Below the pieces are notes generated by a model. It was not told the origin of the DNA, did no database searches, and saw nothing but the letters and a program-made list of their open reading frames with translations. Position numbers and translations under genes: made by a program. From an uncultured Gammaproteobacteria bacterium (GTDB lineage Bacteria; Patescibacteriota; Patescibacteriia; UBA2196; GWA2-42-15): a stretch of DNA of 64,000 nucleotides. Positions 29,516 to 39,389 of this stretch are shown here, in pieces (the first letter of the stretch is position 1; each line of letters begins with the position of its first letter). The stretch covers positions 1,733 to 65,732 of the forward strand of contig CAZNIO010000006.1 in assembly GCA_964573135.1 (NCBI GenBank), read 5' to 3'.

Positions 29516-31694
29516 ATTTATACGTGGGCCAGCTGGTCAATACATCGGCAAAACTTCGTGAAGTATTGTCATAAATGGCATAAATTGGTTTATTAATTTC
29601 TTGTTTTTTAAGTAACTCAAGAATTTCAAAGTTGTCTTCATGTGAAGAAATAAGGATTTCATCATAATCTAAATCACCAAAATCTTGAATGGTACGAGTT
29701 TTGGGGTCATATTCACAAAAGGCGGCAATCTTTAGTAAATTAAAACCATTAATATATTTAGGGAGAATGTCGGTATGCTTTTTGTCACCAATAATTAAAA
29801 TATTCTTTTTATTATCGAGCCAACGCATAACCTGTTTTTCCAATTCATACTTACATTTATATTGAACATGCCATTTGGATATCTCGTTGGACTCTTTAAT
29901 GAACTTATCTCTTTCTTGTTCATTATATCCCTTAAAGTATTGTTTGAGAATCTGGCTACGCTTCTTTTGAATATTACTCAACCTATTTTTTTCCATGACC
30001 TTAATAATGCCACGTTTGTTTTTAATCTCTTGAGCATCTAACAAATAATTACCAATGACTAAATAATCTATTTTATTTTTTAGAAAACAAATGATGGCAT
30101 CTTCAGGCGTTTCAACAATGGGTTCACCAGCGTTATTAAATGAGGTATTTAAAATACAAGGCACGCCCGTTATTTTATAAAATTCTTTAATAACATCATA
30201 ATAGGCGTCATTGTCTTTTTTGGTAACGGTCTGAACTCTGGCCGTGTTATCAACATGTGTAACTGAAGGAATGGCCTTTGGTTTTTTAACCTTGGCCACA
30301 AGAAGCATGTAAGGAGAATCTGGTTTTAGATGAAAATATTCTTGAGAATGTTCTTTTAAAATGGCTGGGGCAAATGGACGGAAGGATTCCCTGTGTTTGA
30401 CTCGTGAGTTGATAATATCTTTCATGTCAGCCTGGCGGCTGTCGGCCAGGATGCTTCTGTGCCCAAGGGCGCGTGGACCATACTCACTGCCACCCTGGAA
30501 CCAGCCGACAATTTTTCCTTGATCTATATAATGGGCAGCCTGCTTGGGCTTGATTTGAGTATAAGGTAATTTATATTTCCTAAAAACTTTAGTGGTATGT
30601 TCATCTGAATATTCTATGCCAGTATAGGCATTCTTGAACTTTAATTTTTTCTTTTTAAAATGAGAGGTTGAAGAGTGGTTATAGTAACCCCAAAGAGCCA
30701 AACCAAAAGGTATGCCAGCATCAGCACAGGCGGGGAAGATGTAGATATTTTTAAATTTGGTTTTATCCAAAACTATTTTATTAGAAACTGAGTTAAGGCC
30801 GACCCCACCGGCAATACATACATTAGGTGACTTGGTTTCCCGATACAAATCACGCGCTAAATGAACCAAGACTCTTTCTGTTTCAGCTTGAATTTCATAG
30901 GCCACGCGTGAAAAATATGGTCCAAGTAGATCTTTTGCATCTTCACATTTTTGGTACTTTTTCTTTAAAGGATATATTCTTTGGGGCGGATTGAGATGAT
31001 TTAATACGTCAGAGTATGGCATGCGCCTAATAAATGAGGAGAAGTTGTTACGAACACCATCTAAATCACCCTGGATGTTGAGAATATTCTTTGTATGCTG
31101 TTCTCCATAAGGGGCAAGCCCCATGGTTTTACCTTCACCGCCGGTACCGAAGTTAAGAATGTGGCTAGTAACTGCACTATAGCAAGCGCCAACGCCGTGA
31201 TATTTGTAATTATCCATCAACTCAATGCCAGACGTGGAGCCTTGAAAATATGAGGTGGTTTCTAAATCAGAACCGTTACCATCGACGATAAGGATAGCAG
31301 AGTCTTTAAAGCCACTGGCATAGTAGGTGCTAGCAGCATGAGCTAGATGATGGCCAATGATAAAAATCTTTTTAGGATCAATATCAAATTTTAATTTAAG
31401 ATAATCAAAGTCAGATATATTATATGTAGGACCAGAATTAAACCATCTTTTTAAACGTATGTGATCAACCATAAGTAAATCAACTTGGTCCATACTGGTT
31501 AAACCAAAATGCTCCATGCAATAAGCAATGGAATGAACTGGAAAAACATAGGGATATTTCTTACGAATCAGCCTTTCTTCAGAGATAGCTATATAATCTA
31601 GAATCTTTCCGTCTTCGGAATATTTAATAATACTGGCTCCACTGTCATGACTGGAGTAGCTTTGCAAACCCATGATGTATTTGACTGATGACAT
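29508..31694 (-). CDS. O-carbamoyltransferase (NodU/CmcH/TobZ family) with C-terminal extension
   Basis: HDSGA, EERL, HHLAHAAS, EGKTMGLAPYG, EYGPRALGHRS, RESFRPFAP, LNTSFN. Confidence 0.93.
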   Translation of the reverse strand: MSSVKYIMGLQSYSSHDSGASIIKYSEDGKILDYIAISEERLIRKKYPYVFPVHSIAYCMEHFGLTSMDQVDLLMVDHIRLKRWFNSGPTYNISDFDYLKLKFDIDPKKIFIIGHHLAHAASTYYASGFKDSAILIVDGNGSDLETTSYFQGSTSGIELMDNYKYHGVGACYSAVTSHILNFGTGGEGKTMGLAPYGEQHTKNILNIQGDLDGVRNNFSSFIRRMPYSDVLNHLNPPQRIYPLKKKYQKCEDAKDLLGPYFSRVAYEIQAETERVLVHLARDLYRETKSPNVCIAGGVGLNSVSNKIVLDKTKFKNIYIFPACADAGIPFGLALWGYYNHSSTSHFKKKKLKFKNAYTGIEYSDEHTTKVFRKYKLPYTQIKPKQAAHYIDQGKIVGWFQGGSEYGPRALGHRSILADSRQADMKDIINSRVKHRESFRPFAPAILKEHSQEYFHLKPDSPYMLLVAKVKKPKAIPSVTHVDNTARVQTVTKKDNDAYYDVIKEFYKITGVPCILNTSFNNAGEPIVETPEDAIICFLKNKIDYLVIGNYLLDAQEIKNKRGIIKVMEKNRLSNIQKKRSQILKQYFKGYNEQERDKFIKESNEISKWHVQYKCKYELEKQVMRWLDNKKNILIIGDKKHTDILPKYINGFNLLKIAAFCEYDPKTRTIQDFGDLDYDEILISSHEDNFEILELLKKQEINKPIYAIYDNTSRSFADVLTSWPTYKYE

Positions 31695-31703
31695 AGAGAC
31701 ATT

Positions 31704-33017
31704 TTAATTAATATTTTGTATAACTTTAATAATGGCATTTTCAGTACGTAAGCTGGCGTGGCCATCTGGGGTAAACATAAATTGTTCTAAATATTTATCA
31801 CGTAATTCTGGAATATTGTTAGCACAATCTTTGTAATTTAAAATATATTTGGCGAAATCCTGCTCATTATGAGCATAGTTGACTAACTGACCATAGCCCT
31901 CAAAAAGATCCCAAACCTTATCTTTGGCAAAATCTCTAAAGTAAGGGGAAATAACTGTTTTACTAGCCGCAACTGCCTCCAAAAGGGTGGTTGAATTAAA
32001 ACCAATAACAACAGCAGACTCCTGAATTAACTCGGATGATTTACCGGCATTGGTAATAATTAAGTTAGGGACGGGTTGTTTGAAATTCTGATCAAAAATA
32101 TTTTGGGCATAAGCTAAAAATTGAGGAGCTCCTTTGGTTTTTAAAATGACTTGAAAATCTGGGTGTTTGACTGCAAAATCCATGATAGCTTTATGGTAAA
32201 AGTCATATTTGGCTTTAGCGGAAGCTAATTCCTGTGGGTCTTTGATCAAATCTATGAAATTATCAGCGGGAAAGAATGAGAAGAAGATAACTTGCTTGTC
32301 TTTGATTGATTGACCTTTGCGATTAAGATAGAAATCAAAACGAGGAATACCAACTACTTCCATCTTATCTGGGGTAAAATTAGTTTTGGTTAATTTAAGA
32401 AATGCGGCTTTGATTCTTTGGTTGTAGAAAAGAATCTTGTTGCCCAAAAATTGGAATGCTTTGTGGGGGACAATATCAGAAGAAAAATCTCCATAGGCGC
32501 CCAGACCTTCTTTGTGTAATACGATAAAGGGAATTTTTTGCTGTACGGCTACCTTAAATAGCTCTTGTTGCTCAATATAGCCGGTGTTACAGGTTAGTAG
32601 GGCATCAAATTTGGCCAGCTTCCTTAGCTGGGGCAACATGGCTTGCAAATAAAGGTTGTATTTTTTTTTGCCAGACTCCCCTATTGGCTGAGTATGATAG
32701 TTGGCCTCTTCTAGCTTGTGCCTATCCGCCTGACTGACAAAATGATTAAAAATTATTTGAAAGTGTCGGCGGCCGATGATATAGTAATGGGTTTGTTTAC
32801 CAAAGGTGGCTAAGGCTTTGACGTCTTCCATAAAAATATTTCTACGCAAACATAAAACCTTGTATTTAGCATGAGCCAAATGAGTATCTACCTTTTTAAT
32901 GGCGCGATAGAAAAAAATGGCAGTCAGTTTAGGGGAATTCAAAATAACGCTGAGCTTAATCAAACAGGTTGTGAGTAATATATTTAGCTTATAGATAATT
33001 TTTTGTGGAATAGACAT
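31704..33017 (-). CDS. putative GT-B fold transferase (CDP-glycerol glycerophosphotransferase/sialyltransferase-like)
   Basis: VVGIPRFD, FNSTTLLEA, DGHASLR patterns; glycan-locus context. Confidence 0.55.
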   Translation of the reverse strand: MSIPQKIIYKLNILLTTCLIKLSVILNSPKLTAIFFYRAIKKVDTHLAHAKYKVLCLRRNIFMEDVKALATFGKQTHYYIIGRRHFQIIFNHFVSQADRHKLEEANYHTQPIGESGKKKYNLYLQAMLPQLRKLAKFDALLTCNTGYIEQQELFKVAVQQKIPFIVLHKEGLGAYGDFSSDIVPHKAFQFLGNKILFYNQRIKAAFLKLTKTNFTPDKMEVVGIPRFDFYLNRKGQSIKDKQVIFFSFFPADNFIDLIKDPQELASAKAKYDFYHKAIMDFAVKHPDFQVILKTKGAPQFLAYAQNIFDQNFKQPVPNLIITNAGKSSELIQESAVVIGFNSTTLLEAVAASKTVISPYFRDFAKDKVWDLFEGYGQLVNYAHNEQDFAKYILNYKDCANNIPELRDKYLEQFMFTPDGHASLRTENAIIKVIQNIN

Positions 33018-33019
33018 AG

Positions 33020-33910
33020 TTATTTTTTGTTAGCGTGTATGGTTATGATACTTGATAAATGTAATTTAGATAGAATTTTACTGATTGGTTTGGCTAATCG
33101 CCAAATAAATGGGTTAATTCTTAAATCTTTTTTATGCAGGAGGTAGTAAAGACTTTTAATATCTACATTAGGATTTGCCTTATATGTTATCCGTTTAACT
33201 TTAAATCCAGTTGATTCTAACAAATCTGATAATGTTTTCGAGCTGAAAAGGAATAGGTGTCGGGGAATATCTAAGGCGTACCAATATTTTCTAAAAATTT
33301 TGAATGCCAAACTATTAATATTAGGGGTGCTTATAATAATTTCAGAATTTTTTTTCATGGATTTACTTATTTTCTGAAGAGACTCTTCGGGCCGATGGAG
33401 ATGTTCAATAACTTGGTTGAGGTTAACTTTGTCAAAAAAATCCTGAGGAAAATCTATATTAATAATATCTCCATGAAATACTTTAAATCCTTTGGCTGCG
33501 GTTGCTTGGCAGGCTGTCTGGCTATTATCAAGCCCATATAAATTCCAGTGGGGATGAGATTGACGGACTCGATCTAAGTGGAAGCCACCGCCACAGCCGA
33601 AATCTAGGTAGTTAATAACTGATTTGTCTTGAGAAGGTACTGATTTTTGTTGAGCTTGTTTTTTTTTAAATAATTTGGAAAAGTGACCATATTTAAAATC
33701 AGATTCTTGTCCAGTGTGCGGGGCATAATTATCAGGATAATATTTTTCCAATTCCTCTGAGGTTGGTTGCGGATTTAAATAGACTAACTGGCATTTTAAA
33801 CACTTTACCACATTAAATAACTGCTTGTCCACTTGGTGCATACGGTCATATCCTTGTAATATTTGCCGAGAATCTGAACTATTACATAAATTGCATTTTA
33901 TTAATTGCAT
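33020..33910 (-). CDS. class I SAM-dependent methyltransferase with N-terminal Zn ribbon
   Basis: CNLC/CLKC, LDFGCGGG, IEHL, TPN. Confidence 0.9.
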   Translation of the reverse strand: MQLIKCNLCNSSDSRQILQGYDRMHQVDKQLFNVVKCLKCQLVYLNPQPTSEELEKYYPDNYAPHTGQESDFKYGHFSKLFKKKQAQQKSVPSQDKSVINYLDFGCGGGFHLDRVRQSHPHWNLYGLDNSQTACQATAAKGFKVFHGDIINIDFPQDFFDKVNLNQVIEHLHRPEESLQKISKSMKKNSEIIISTPNINSLAFKIFRKYWYALDIPRHLFLFSSKTLSDLLESTGFKVKRITYKANPNVDIKSLYYLLHKKDLRINPFIWRLAKPISKILSKLHLSSIITIHANKK

Positions 33911-34962
33911 AATACTTGTTTGATTATCTTCTCTATTTTAGGAATATTGGCGGCATATGAATAATGGCTAAGAACAGTTTGAGCAGATATTTGGCCTAAA
34001 TCGTAATTGTAATCTTTGTTGGACTGTAATTTTTTGATTTTCGCGACCCAGTCTTGAGTACTACCGGCCAAAAAGCCATTAAGATTATCGTCAATTAAAT
34101 AGTTATTCTCTCCGACTGGAGAAAGAATGGCGGGAACGCTACAAGCCATATACTCAATGGCCTTAAAAGCACAACGGCCACGATTGTCGTCGTTATCGAC
34201 TAAGGGCATTAAACCAACATCAAATTGCTGAATTGCTTTGGGGATATTGGCGGTGTGTTGCCAGTCCAGGGCATCAATTAATTCAACCTCTAAATTTTTA
34301 ATGTCTCTAAATAATTTATATATCCGCTTGTCACCCAAGGCTCCAATCAGAATAAACTTGAATTCTACTTTGTCTTGAATTAATTTTTGAAAAACTGGCA
34401 CCAAAATTTTTAGATTTTGATAATTATTGGGGCCTGTGCCTATCCAGCCGATGGTGAATTTCTTGTTATCTGGCCTGGAGGTACGGCTAAATCTGCTATA
34501 AACATCAAAAGGAATGCTGGTAGGAATGATATGGATATTTGAATTATATTTTTTAGCCCAATCGGCCAAGTAATGCCCCCCGACGATGACAGCATCAGCC
34601 ATGGTGGTCAATTTAATTACTCTTTTGGCAATACCAGGACGAGAGAAGATGGAGTCATCAAAATCAAAAATAATTTTTCGTTTAAAAATGGTTTTGAAGA
34701 TTACGGTAAGGACGTAGAAATCAAGATGATAGGCCGTTCTGACTAGATAGATAATATCTCCGGATTTGGTGGAAAATAAAATTTTAAAATAGCCAAATAT
34801 TTTTTTTAATCTTTGAATGTTATTAGCAGATGATAACTGGCTCAACGCAGGATGAACTAAAACAGAGTAATTCCTTTTGGCAAGCTCTTCGGCTATTAAA
34901 TAGCCCCTGTATCTAGCAGTAGCGCTATTCTTGTCTTTAATGGTAAAAAAATGGATGGTCAT
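33901..34962 (-). CDS. GT4 glycosyltransferase
   Basis: DFDD, IGWIG, KAIEYMACSVP. Confidence 0.9.
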   Translation of the reverse strand: MTIHFFTIKDKNSATARYRGYLIAEELAKRNYSVLVHPALSQLSSANNIQRLKKIFGYFKILFSTKSGDIIYLVRTAYHLDFYVLTVIFKTIFKRKIIFDFDDSIFSRPGIAKRVIKLTTMADAVIVGGHYLADWAKKYNSNIHIIPTSIPFDVYSRFSRTSRPDNKKFTIGWIGTGPNNYQNLKILVPVFQKLIQDKVEFKFILIGALGDKRIYKLFRDIKNLEVELIDALDWQHTANIPKAIQQFDVGLMPLVDNDDNRGRCAFKAIEYMACSVPAILSPVGENNYLIDDNLNGFLAGSTQDWVAKIKKLQSNKDYNYDLGQISAQTVLSHYSYAANIPKIEKIIKQVLCN

Positions 34963-36476
34963 AAGAGGTTTCTTTCTATTTCTCCTCGATAGGTAACATA
35001 AAGCTTATCCATATCGGCGGTACCGTGCTGACCTTTGCGCCAGGCGCTGGTATAGTCGACGGTGACGCCTGTATCATAAACTGCGGCGACATAATTTTCT
35101 AATTTTTGTTCATATTCCTGGGTGTCTAGTTTTTCGATTAAGACTTGTTTAATTTTTTTGTGGATAGTGCTCATATCTGAATGAAGAAAAACATTGGGAA
35201 GCTTGGCAGTAACGCCTAAATTACCAAGTTGAATGCCGGGGATATTATAAAAGGCTCCTTCAAATAAAGTAGTACCACCAACTGAGATAATTAGGTCTGT
35301 TTTTCTTAGAACATCTTCGGTAGGTATACGGTAGTCAACCAGTTTAACATTGGGGGTTCTGGCAATCTTTTGGATATATGAAGGAGGCCGGGCATCAACC
35401 ATGCCTGGGTGTTCTTTGACGACTAAGGTGTAGTCATCAGGTAGAGACATGGCAGCTAACCGAATCATTTCTATCTGATTGCTATAGTAGGTAGCGATGG
35501 TGTCAATGGTGGCCTCTGGCTGTACTTGCAGGGGAAAATATATGCAACGATCAATTTTATCAAATGGATAATATTCAAAATTGTTCATGAATTTCTTATA
35601 GCGTTTGGCGGTATAGTGGTCTCTTAGAATGATGTGGGGTGGCTTGTAATCAACTGAAACACCAATATTAGGTAGATAATTAGTCGATTTTTTGCGATAC
35701 CAACGATAAATATGGTAATAGGGAGAAAGGACAGCTCTTACTCTTTTCTTAAGGGGTTCTTTTTTATTAACTTCAATGGCGAAATCTTGTTGTTTAAATT
35801 TTTGCCTAAATTTTTGAATAAAATTTTGAGCAAGCTGACGGTTGGTGGTCTGCTTGGAATTCTTGTTTAACTCATCAACACGATCATAGAAAGGACCTTG
35901 ATCTTCATAAAAACTGTGGGTGAAGATATAGTTACCGCCAATTTTGGAACTGGTTAAAGAAAACATCTTAACGCCGTGCTGCTTGGCATAGAGGTTGAAC
36001 ATGATATGTAATAGATCAACAAAATTGGGAGTAACAATTATCTCGGGATTAAATTTATCAAAGGTGATTTTAACACATTTAAAAACCGCTTTGGCATAAT
36101 CGACTATTTCTTCGTCAGATAAATTTTGCTTAAAGCCATAGTAGTATTTATCTTTATATGATTTAACGTGCAGTCTGAGAGTGGAAATAAGGGGCCAAAT
36201 GGAGTCTACACCAAGGGCCTGACAGATCTCAGCTAAAGAATAGTCGTCCTTGCCCAAATATTTTTTAGGATCAGCTATGAGCTGGTCATTGTTTATAATC
36301 AAATCATATTTAACTTCTGATTGATCTAAGACAAATTTATGGGTACTACTTTTAAGGGTAATGGCAGCTAATTTAGCGCCATCGGCTTGTAGTTTTTTGG
36401 CCAGAAAATGACCGACTGCTCTACCCCAGCCGCGTTGTTGAAATATTAGTATACGCTTATTGTTTAGTTTGGTCAT
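34959..36476 (-). CDS. capsule biosynthesis protein, KpsS-like (candidate ulosonic-acid transferase)
   Basis: YFPLQVQPE, VKEHP, GTTLFEG motifs. Confidence 0.75.
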   Translation of the reverse strand: MTKLNNKRILIFQQRGWGRAVGHFLAKKLQADGAKLAAITLKSSTHKFVLDQSEVKYDLIINNDQLIADPKKYLGKDDYSLAEICQALGVDSIWPLISTLRLHVKSYKDKYYYGFKQNLSDEEIVDYAKAVFKCVKITFDKFNPEIIVTPNFVDLLHIMFNLYAKQHGVKMFSLTSSKIGGNYIFTHSFYEDQGPFYDRVDELNKNSKQTTNRQLAQNFIQKFRQKFKQQDFAIEVNKKEPLKKRVRAVLSPYYHIYRWYRKKSTNYLPNIGVSVDYKPPHIILRDHYTAKRYKKFMNNFEYYPFDKIDRCIYFPLQVQPEATIDTIATYYSNQIEMIRLAAMSLPDDYTLVVKEHPGMVDARPPSYIQKIARTPNVKLVDYRIPTEDVLRKTDLIISVGGTTLFEGAFYNIPGIQLGNLGVTAKLPNVFLHSDMSTIHKKIKQVLIEKLDTQEYEQKLENYVAAVYDTGVTVDYTSAWRKGQHGTADMDKLYVTYRGEIERNLL

Positions 36477-37183
36477 ATTTTTTGTGCAGTGATGGTTATA
36501 AGTTCAAATTTTTCTTTATGATTTCTATAGGTTCTCATAATAGTTTCTGAATAAGTAACCTCAAAACCGTGCTTAATAAGTAATTTGGTATAGTTATCAA
36601 CGGACGTAAACCTGAAAGGAAAATTCTGGCCGTAAAAAGGAGCTGTTTTTCTTTTAATGCCATTTAACGTGTACTTATCAATCTTAGTGGAAGGTTTGTA
36701 TTTAATGAAAGTATCTGACTTAGTACCCGGGGTATATGAGAAAAATTTACCACCTGGTTTTAAAACTTTGTGGACTTGATCAAGATAGAGATTAAATTTT
36801 TCTAAATTAAGACAAAAAGAAGCTAGTACATCACAGACAGCATCAAATTGATTTTCTTGATACGGTAGTTGGATAATATCACCAACAGTTAAATGTGCTT
36901 TGGTCTGCCAATGGGTCATCATTTTTTTGGCTAACTTAATACCTTCTTTAGAAATATCAATGCCGTAGGCATCGAAACCTTCTTTGGCTATCATCCATAG
37001 ATTAGCACCTGAGCCGCAGCCGGTTTCAAGAATTTTAATCTGCTTGCGCTTAGCCTGGGAAAGATTAAAAAAATTACGACCGACAAAACGTAGCAGCTCC
37101 TCATTGGGATACAATCGCTGAGCTTTAAAACCGTATTGCTTGTATGTTCTCTCGTGAAATTGTTTACAAACTTTGTTGTTCAT
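36473..37183 (-). CDS. class I SAM-dependent methyltransferase
   Basis: LETGCGSG, GIDIS. Confidence 0.88.
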   Translation of the reverse strand: MNNKVCKQFHERTYKQYGFKAQRLYPNEELLRFVGRNFFNLSQAKRKQIKILETGCGSGANLWMIAKEGFDAYGIDISKEGIKLAKKMMTHWQTKAHLTVGDIIQLPYQENQFDAVCDVLASFCLNLEKFNLYLDQVHKVLKPGGKFFSYTPGTKSDTFIKYKPSTKIDKYTLNGIKRKTAPFYGQNFPFRFTSVDNYTKLLIKHGFEVTYSETIMRTYRNHKEKFELITITAQKI

Positions 37184-37187
37184 AATA

Positions 37188-37814
37188 TTATTTAAGTTTA
37201 GACTTATATGTACCTGCTTTTAAATCTTTAACTCCTTGTTGTTCTAACTTAATCCTAGCTTTCATGGCTTGGCTGGCATAGGCCGTGTCGATTGCCTTCT
37301 GCCATTTGGGTTGATCGTATTTAAGACAAACCTGTTCTGCGGAGATAACTTTAGTATTAATTGGTTTAAATATCTTAGCTAATTCTTGTGTGTGATTAAT
37401 CATGGCTCTAAGCCTGGGTAAATGATATTTATTGGAGATGATGACGGGATTATCTAATTTTTTCTTATTAACAATCTTGGCTGAAGCAATTAACTGGTCA
37501 ACGCTGTTGGCTGAGGTGGTTTCTTTAATGATTTTAGATTGGGGCACCTTAAGTCGGACTAATTCCCAAGCCATAACATCAGCTAAGGTGGGAATATTTT
37601 TAAGGTGCTTGAGCTGTCCTTTGCCACCAGAAGCTATAATGATGCTATCTGGGTTTTGCTGATAGATATAAGCGGCTGCTTCTACCCTGAGATAATCACC
37701 AATAATACCAAAATGGTCATGTTCATTAAATTTTGACAGGCGCCAGCCATGGGGTCTGCTCTTGTCCTTAACGATATATCCACCGGGTATGATAATGGTA
37801 GTAGATTTATGCAT
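37188..37814 (-). CDS. YdcF/ElyC (DUF218) family protein
   Basis: SGG, ETTSANS, SNKYHLPR. Confidence 0.8.
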   Translation of the reverse strand: MHKSTTIIIPGGYIVKDKSRPHGWRLSKFNEHDHFGIIGDYLRVEAAAYIYQQNPDSIIIASGGKGQLKHLKNIPTLADVMAWELVRLKVPQSKIIKETTSANSVDQLIASAKIVNKKKLDNPVIISNKYHLPRLRAMINHTQELAKIFKPINTKVISAEQVCLKYDQPKWQKAIDTAYASQAMKARIKLEQQGVKDLKAGTYKSKLK

Positions 37815-37818
37815 AGAA

Positions 37819-38316
37819 TTACTTTAAAAAATATGCCATTCTAATCATGGTTAAATATTTATTTGAATAGAATAGCTCATCTTTTAAAACGCCTTCCTCA
37901 ACAAAGCCAATTTTGTGGTAAAGCCTGATAGCTGCTTGGTTAGTTTTGTCAACGACTAGGTATATTTTATGCAATTTTAAGTTTTTGGTTATATAACTTA
38001 ATAATTGCTGGGTGGCTTGCTTGCCAATGCCTTTTCCCCAATAGTCTTTATTCCCAATAAAGATATAGTATTCAGCTTTTTTATTGATTAAATCAATGTT
38101 CTTTAAACCAATATTGCCAACATAGACGCCGTCAACTTGAATAGCCAAAATAAGGTGGGTTTTGTCTTGTTTGAAATTAGCATACCATTTTTTCTGAGCT
38201 TGGGGCGTGATGACCTTGTAGGGGCGACAAAAGAGACGGCTGATCTGCTTGTTGTTCATCCATTTTCTTGAATCTTCCAAATGACTGGCATTAAATGGTA
38301 TTAATTTGATCTTCAT
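37819..38316 (-). CDS. pseH: GNAT N-acetyltransferase (PseH/RimJ-like)
   Basis: WGKGIG, NQAAIRLYHKIGF; adjacent to pseI (symbol assigned from context). Confidence 0.7.
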   Translation of the reverse strand: MKIKLIPFNASHLEDSRKWMNNKQISRLFCRPYKVITPQAQKKWYANFKQDKTHLILAIQVDGVYVGNIGLKNIDLINKKAEYYIFIGNKDYWGKGIGKQATQQLLSYITKNLKLHKIYLVVDKTNQAAIRLYHKIGFVEEGVLKDELFYSNKYLTMIRMAYFLK

Positions 38317-38317
38317 A

Positions 38318-39385
38318 TTATTTCGTAATTAATTTCCAGCTTAACGGTGTACATTTTTTTATATTAGATTTAGCTAACATGCCGTTAACTTGCTTGTAGT
38401 ATTTGGGCTCAAGCCCTGCCCCAGGCCTGACTGATCTGAAATTTTTATTGAAAACTAACTTGTCCCCTTTTTTAATATCCTGACTTGCAAAAAGAGATTT
38501 GCGATAAGAGGCAGCAGCCTTTTCTCCTTTTGTAGCTGTGTAGGTTGGCCTGCCGAGGGCTTGTTCGATTTTTCTAACTGCATCTACCATGGATTTAAAT
38601 TCAGCTGGCTCTAGCGAGAAAGCAGAGTCAACCTCCTTTTCTTTTCGACTAAGGCAAATGTGCTTTTCAATAATGCTGGCGCCAAGTGAAACGGCGGCAA
38701 TACTGATTTCATCACCCAAACTGTGGTCTGAAAGACCAGAGACAACTTTAAATTTGAGGGTGATGTCAGGGATGGTAAGGATATTCATTTCTTGTGATTT
38801 GGCTGGGTATGAACTAACGCAGTGCAGGACAGCTAGAGCGGGGCAGCCATTATCTTTGAGGGTTTTAATGGCTAGCTTTATATCTGCAATAGTAGAAGTT
38901 CCGCGAGAAATGATAACTGGTTTTTTGGTTTTACCAATGCGCTCAAGCAAAGGGATGTCAGCTACTTCTAGAGAGGCCACTTTGTACATAGGTACTTTTA
39001 TCTTTTCCAAAAAATCTACGGCAGTATAATCAAAGGGAGATGAGAAAAAAACTAATCCTTTGGACTCAGCATATTTTCTTAATTTTAAATGCCACTCCCA
39101 AGGAGTATGAGTTTTCTCATAATGTTGGTGAAGGCTTTTACCATCCCATAATCCACCATCTTTGATTTGAAATATTTTACTCTGGCAATCCAGAGTAATG
39201 GTATTACCCTTAAAAGTTTGGAGCTTGACAGCATCAGCGCCGACCTTGGCGGCGGCATCAACTATTTTACACGCCTTAGCATAAGAACCACCGTGGTTAC
39301 CAGATATTTCAGCAACAATAAAGCAGGGTTGATTAGGACCGATAGTTTTTTTACCTTGGGGAGTGTGGATTATAAATTTATTCAT
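38318..39385 (-). CDS. pseI: pseudaminic acid synthase
   Basis: AEISGNH, KLQT, HTPWEWH, GLSDHS, IEKH; C-terminal SAF domain (VRPGAGL). Confidence 0.88.
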   Translation of the reverse strand: MNKFIIHTPQGKKTIGPNQPCFIVAEISGNHGGSYAKACKIVDAAAKVGADAVKLQTFKGNTITLDCQSKIFQIKDGGLWDGKSLHQHYEKTHTPWEWHLKLRKYAESKGLVFFSSPFDYTAVDFLEKIKVPMYKVASLEVADIPLLERIGKTKKPVIISRGTSTIADIKLAIKTLKDNGCPALAVLHCVSSYPAKSQEMNILTIPDITLKFKVVSGLSDHSLGDEISIAAVSLGASIIEKHICLSRKEKEVDSAFSLEPAEFKSMVDAVRKIEQALGRPTYTATKGEKAAASYRKSLFASQDIKKGDKLVFNKNFRSVRPGAGLEPKYYKQVNGMLAKSNIKKCTPLSWKLITK

Positions 39386-39389
39386 ATGC

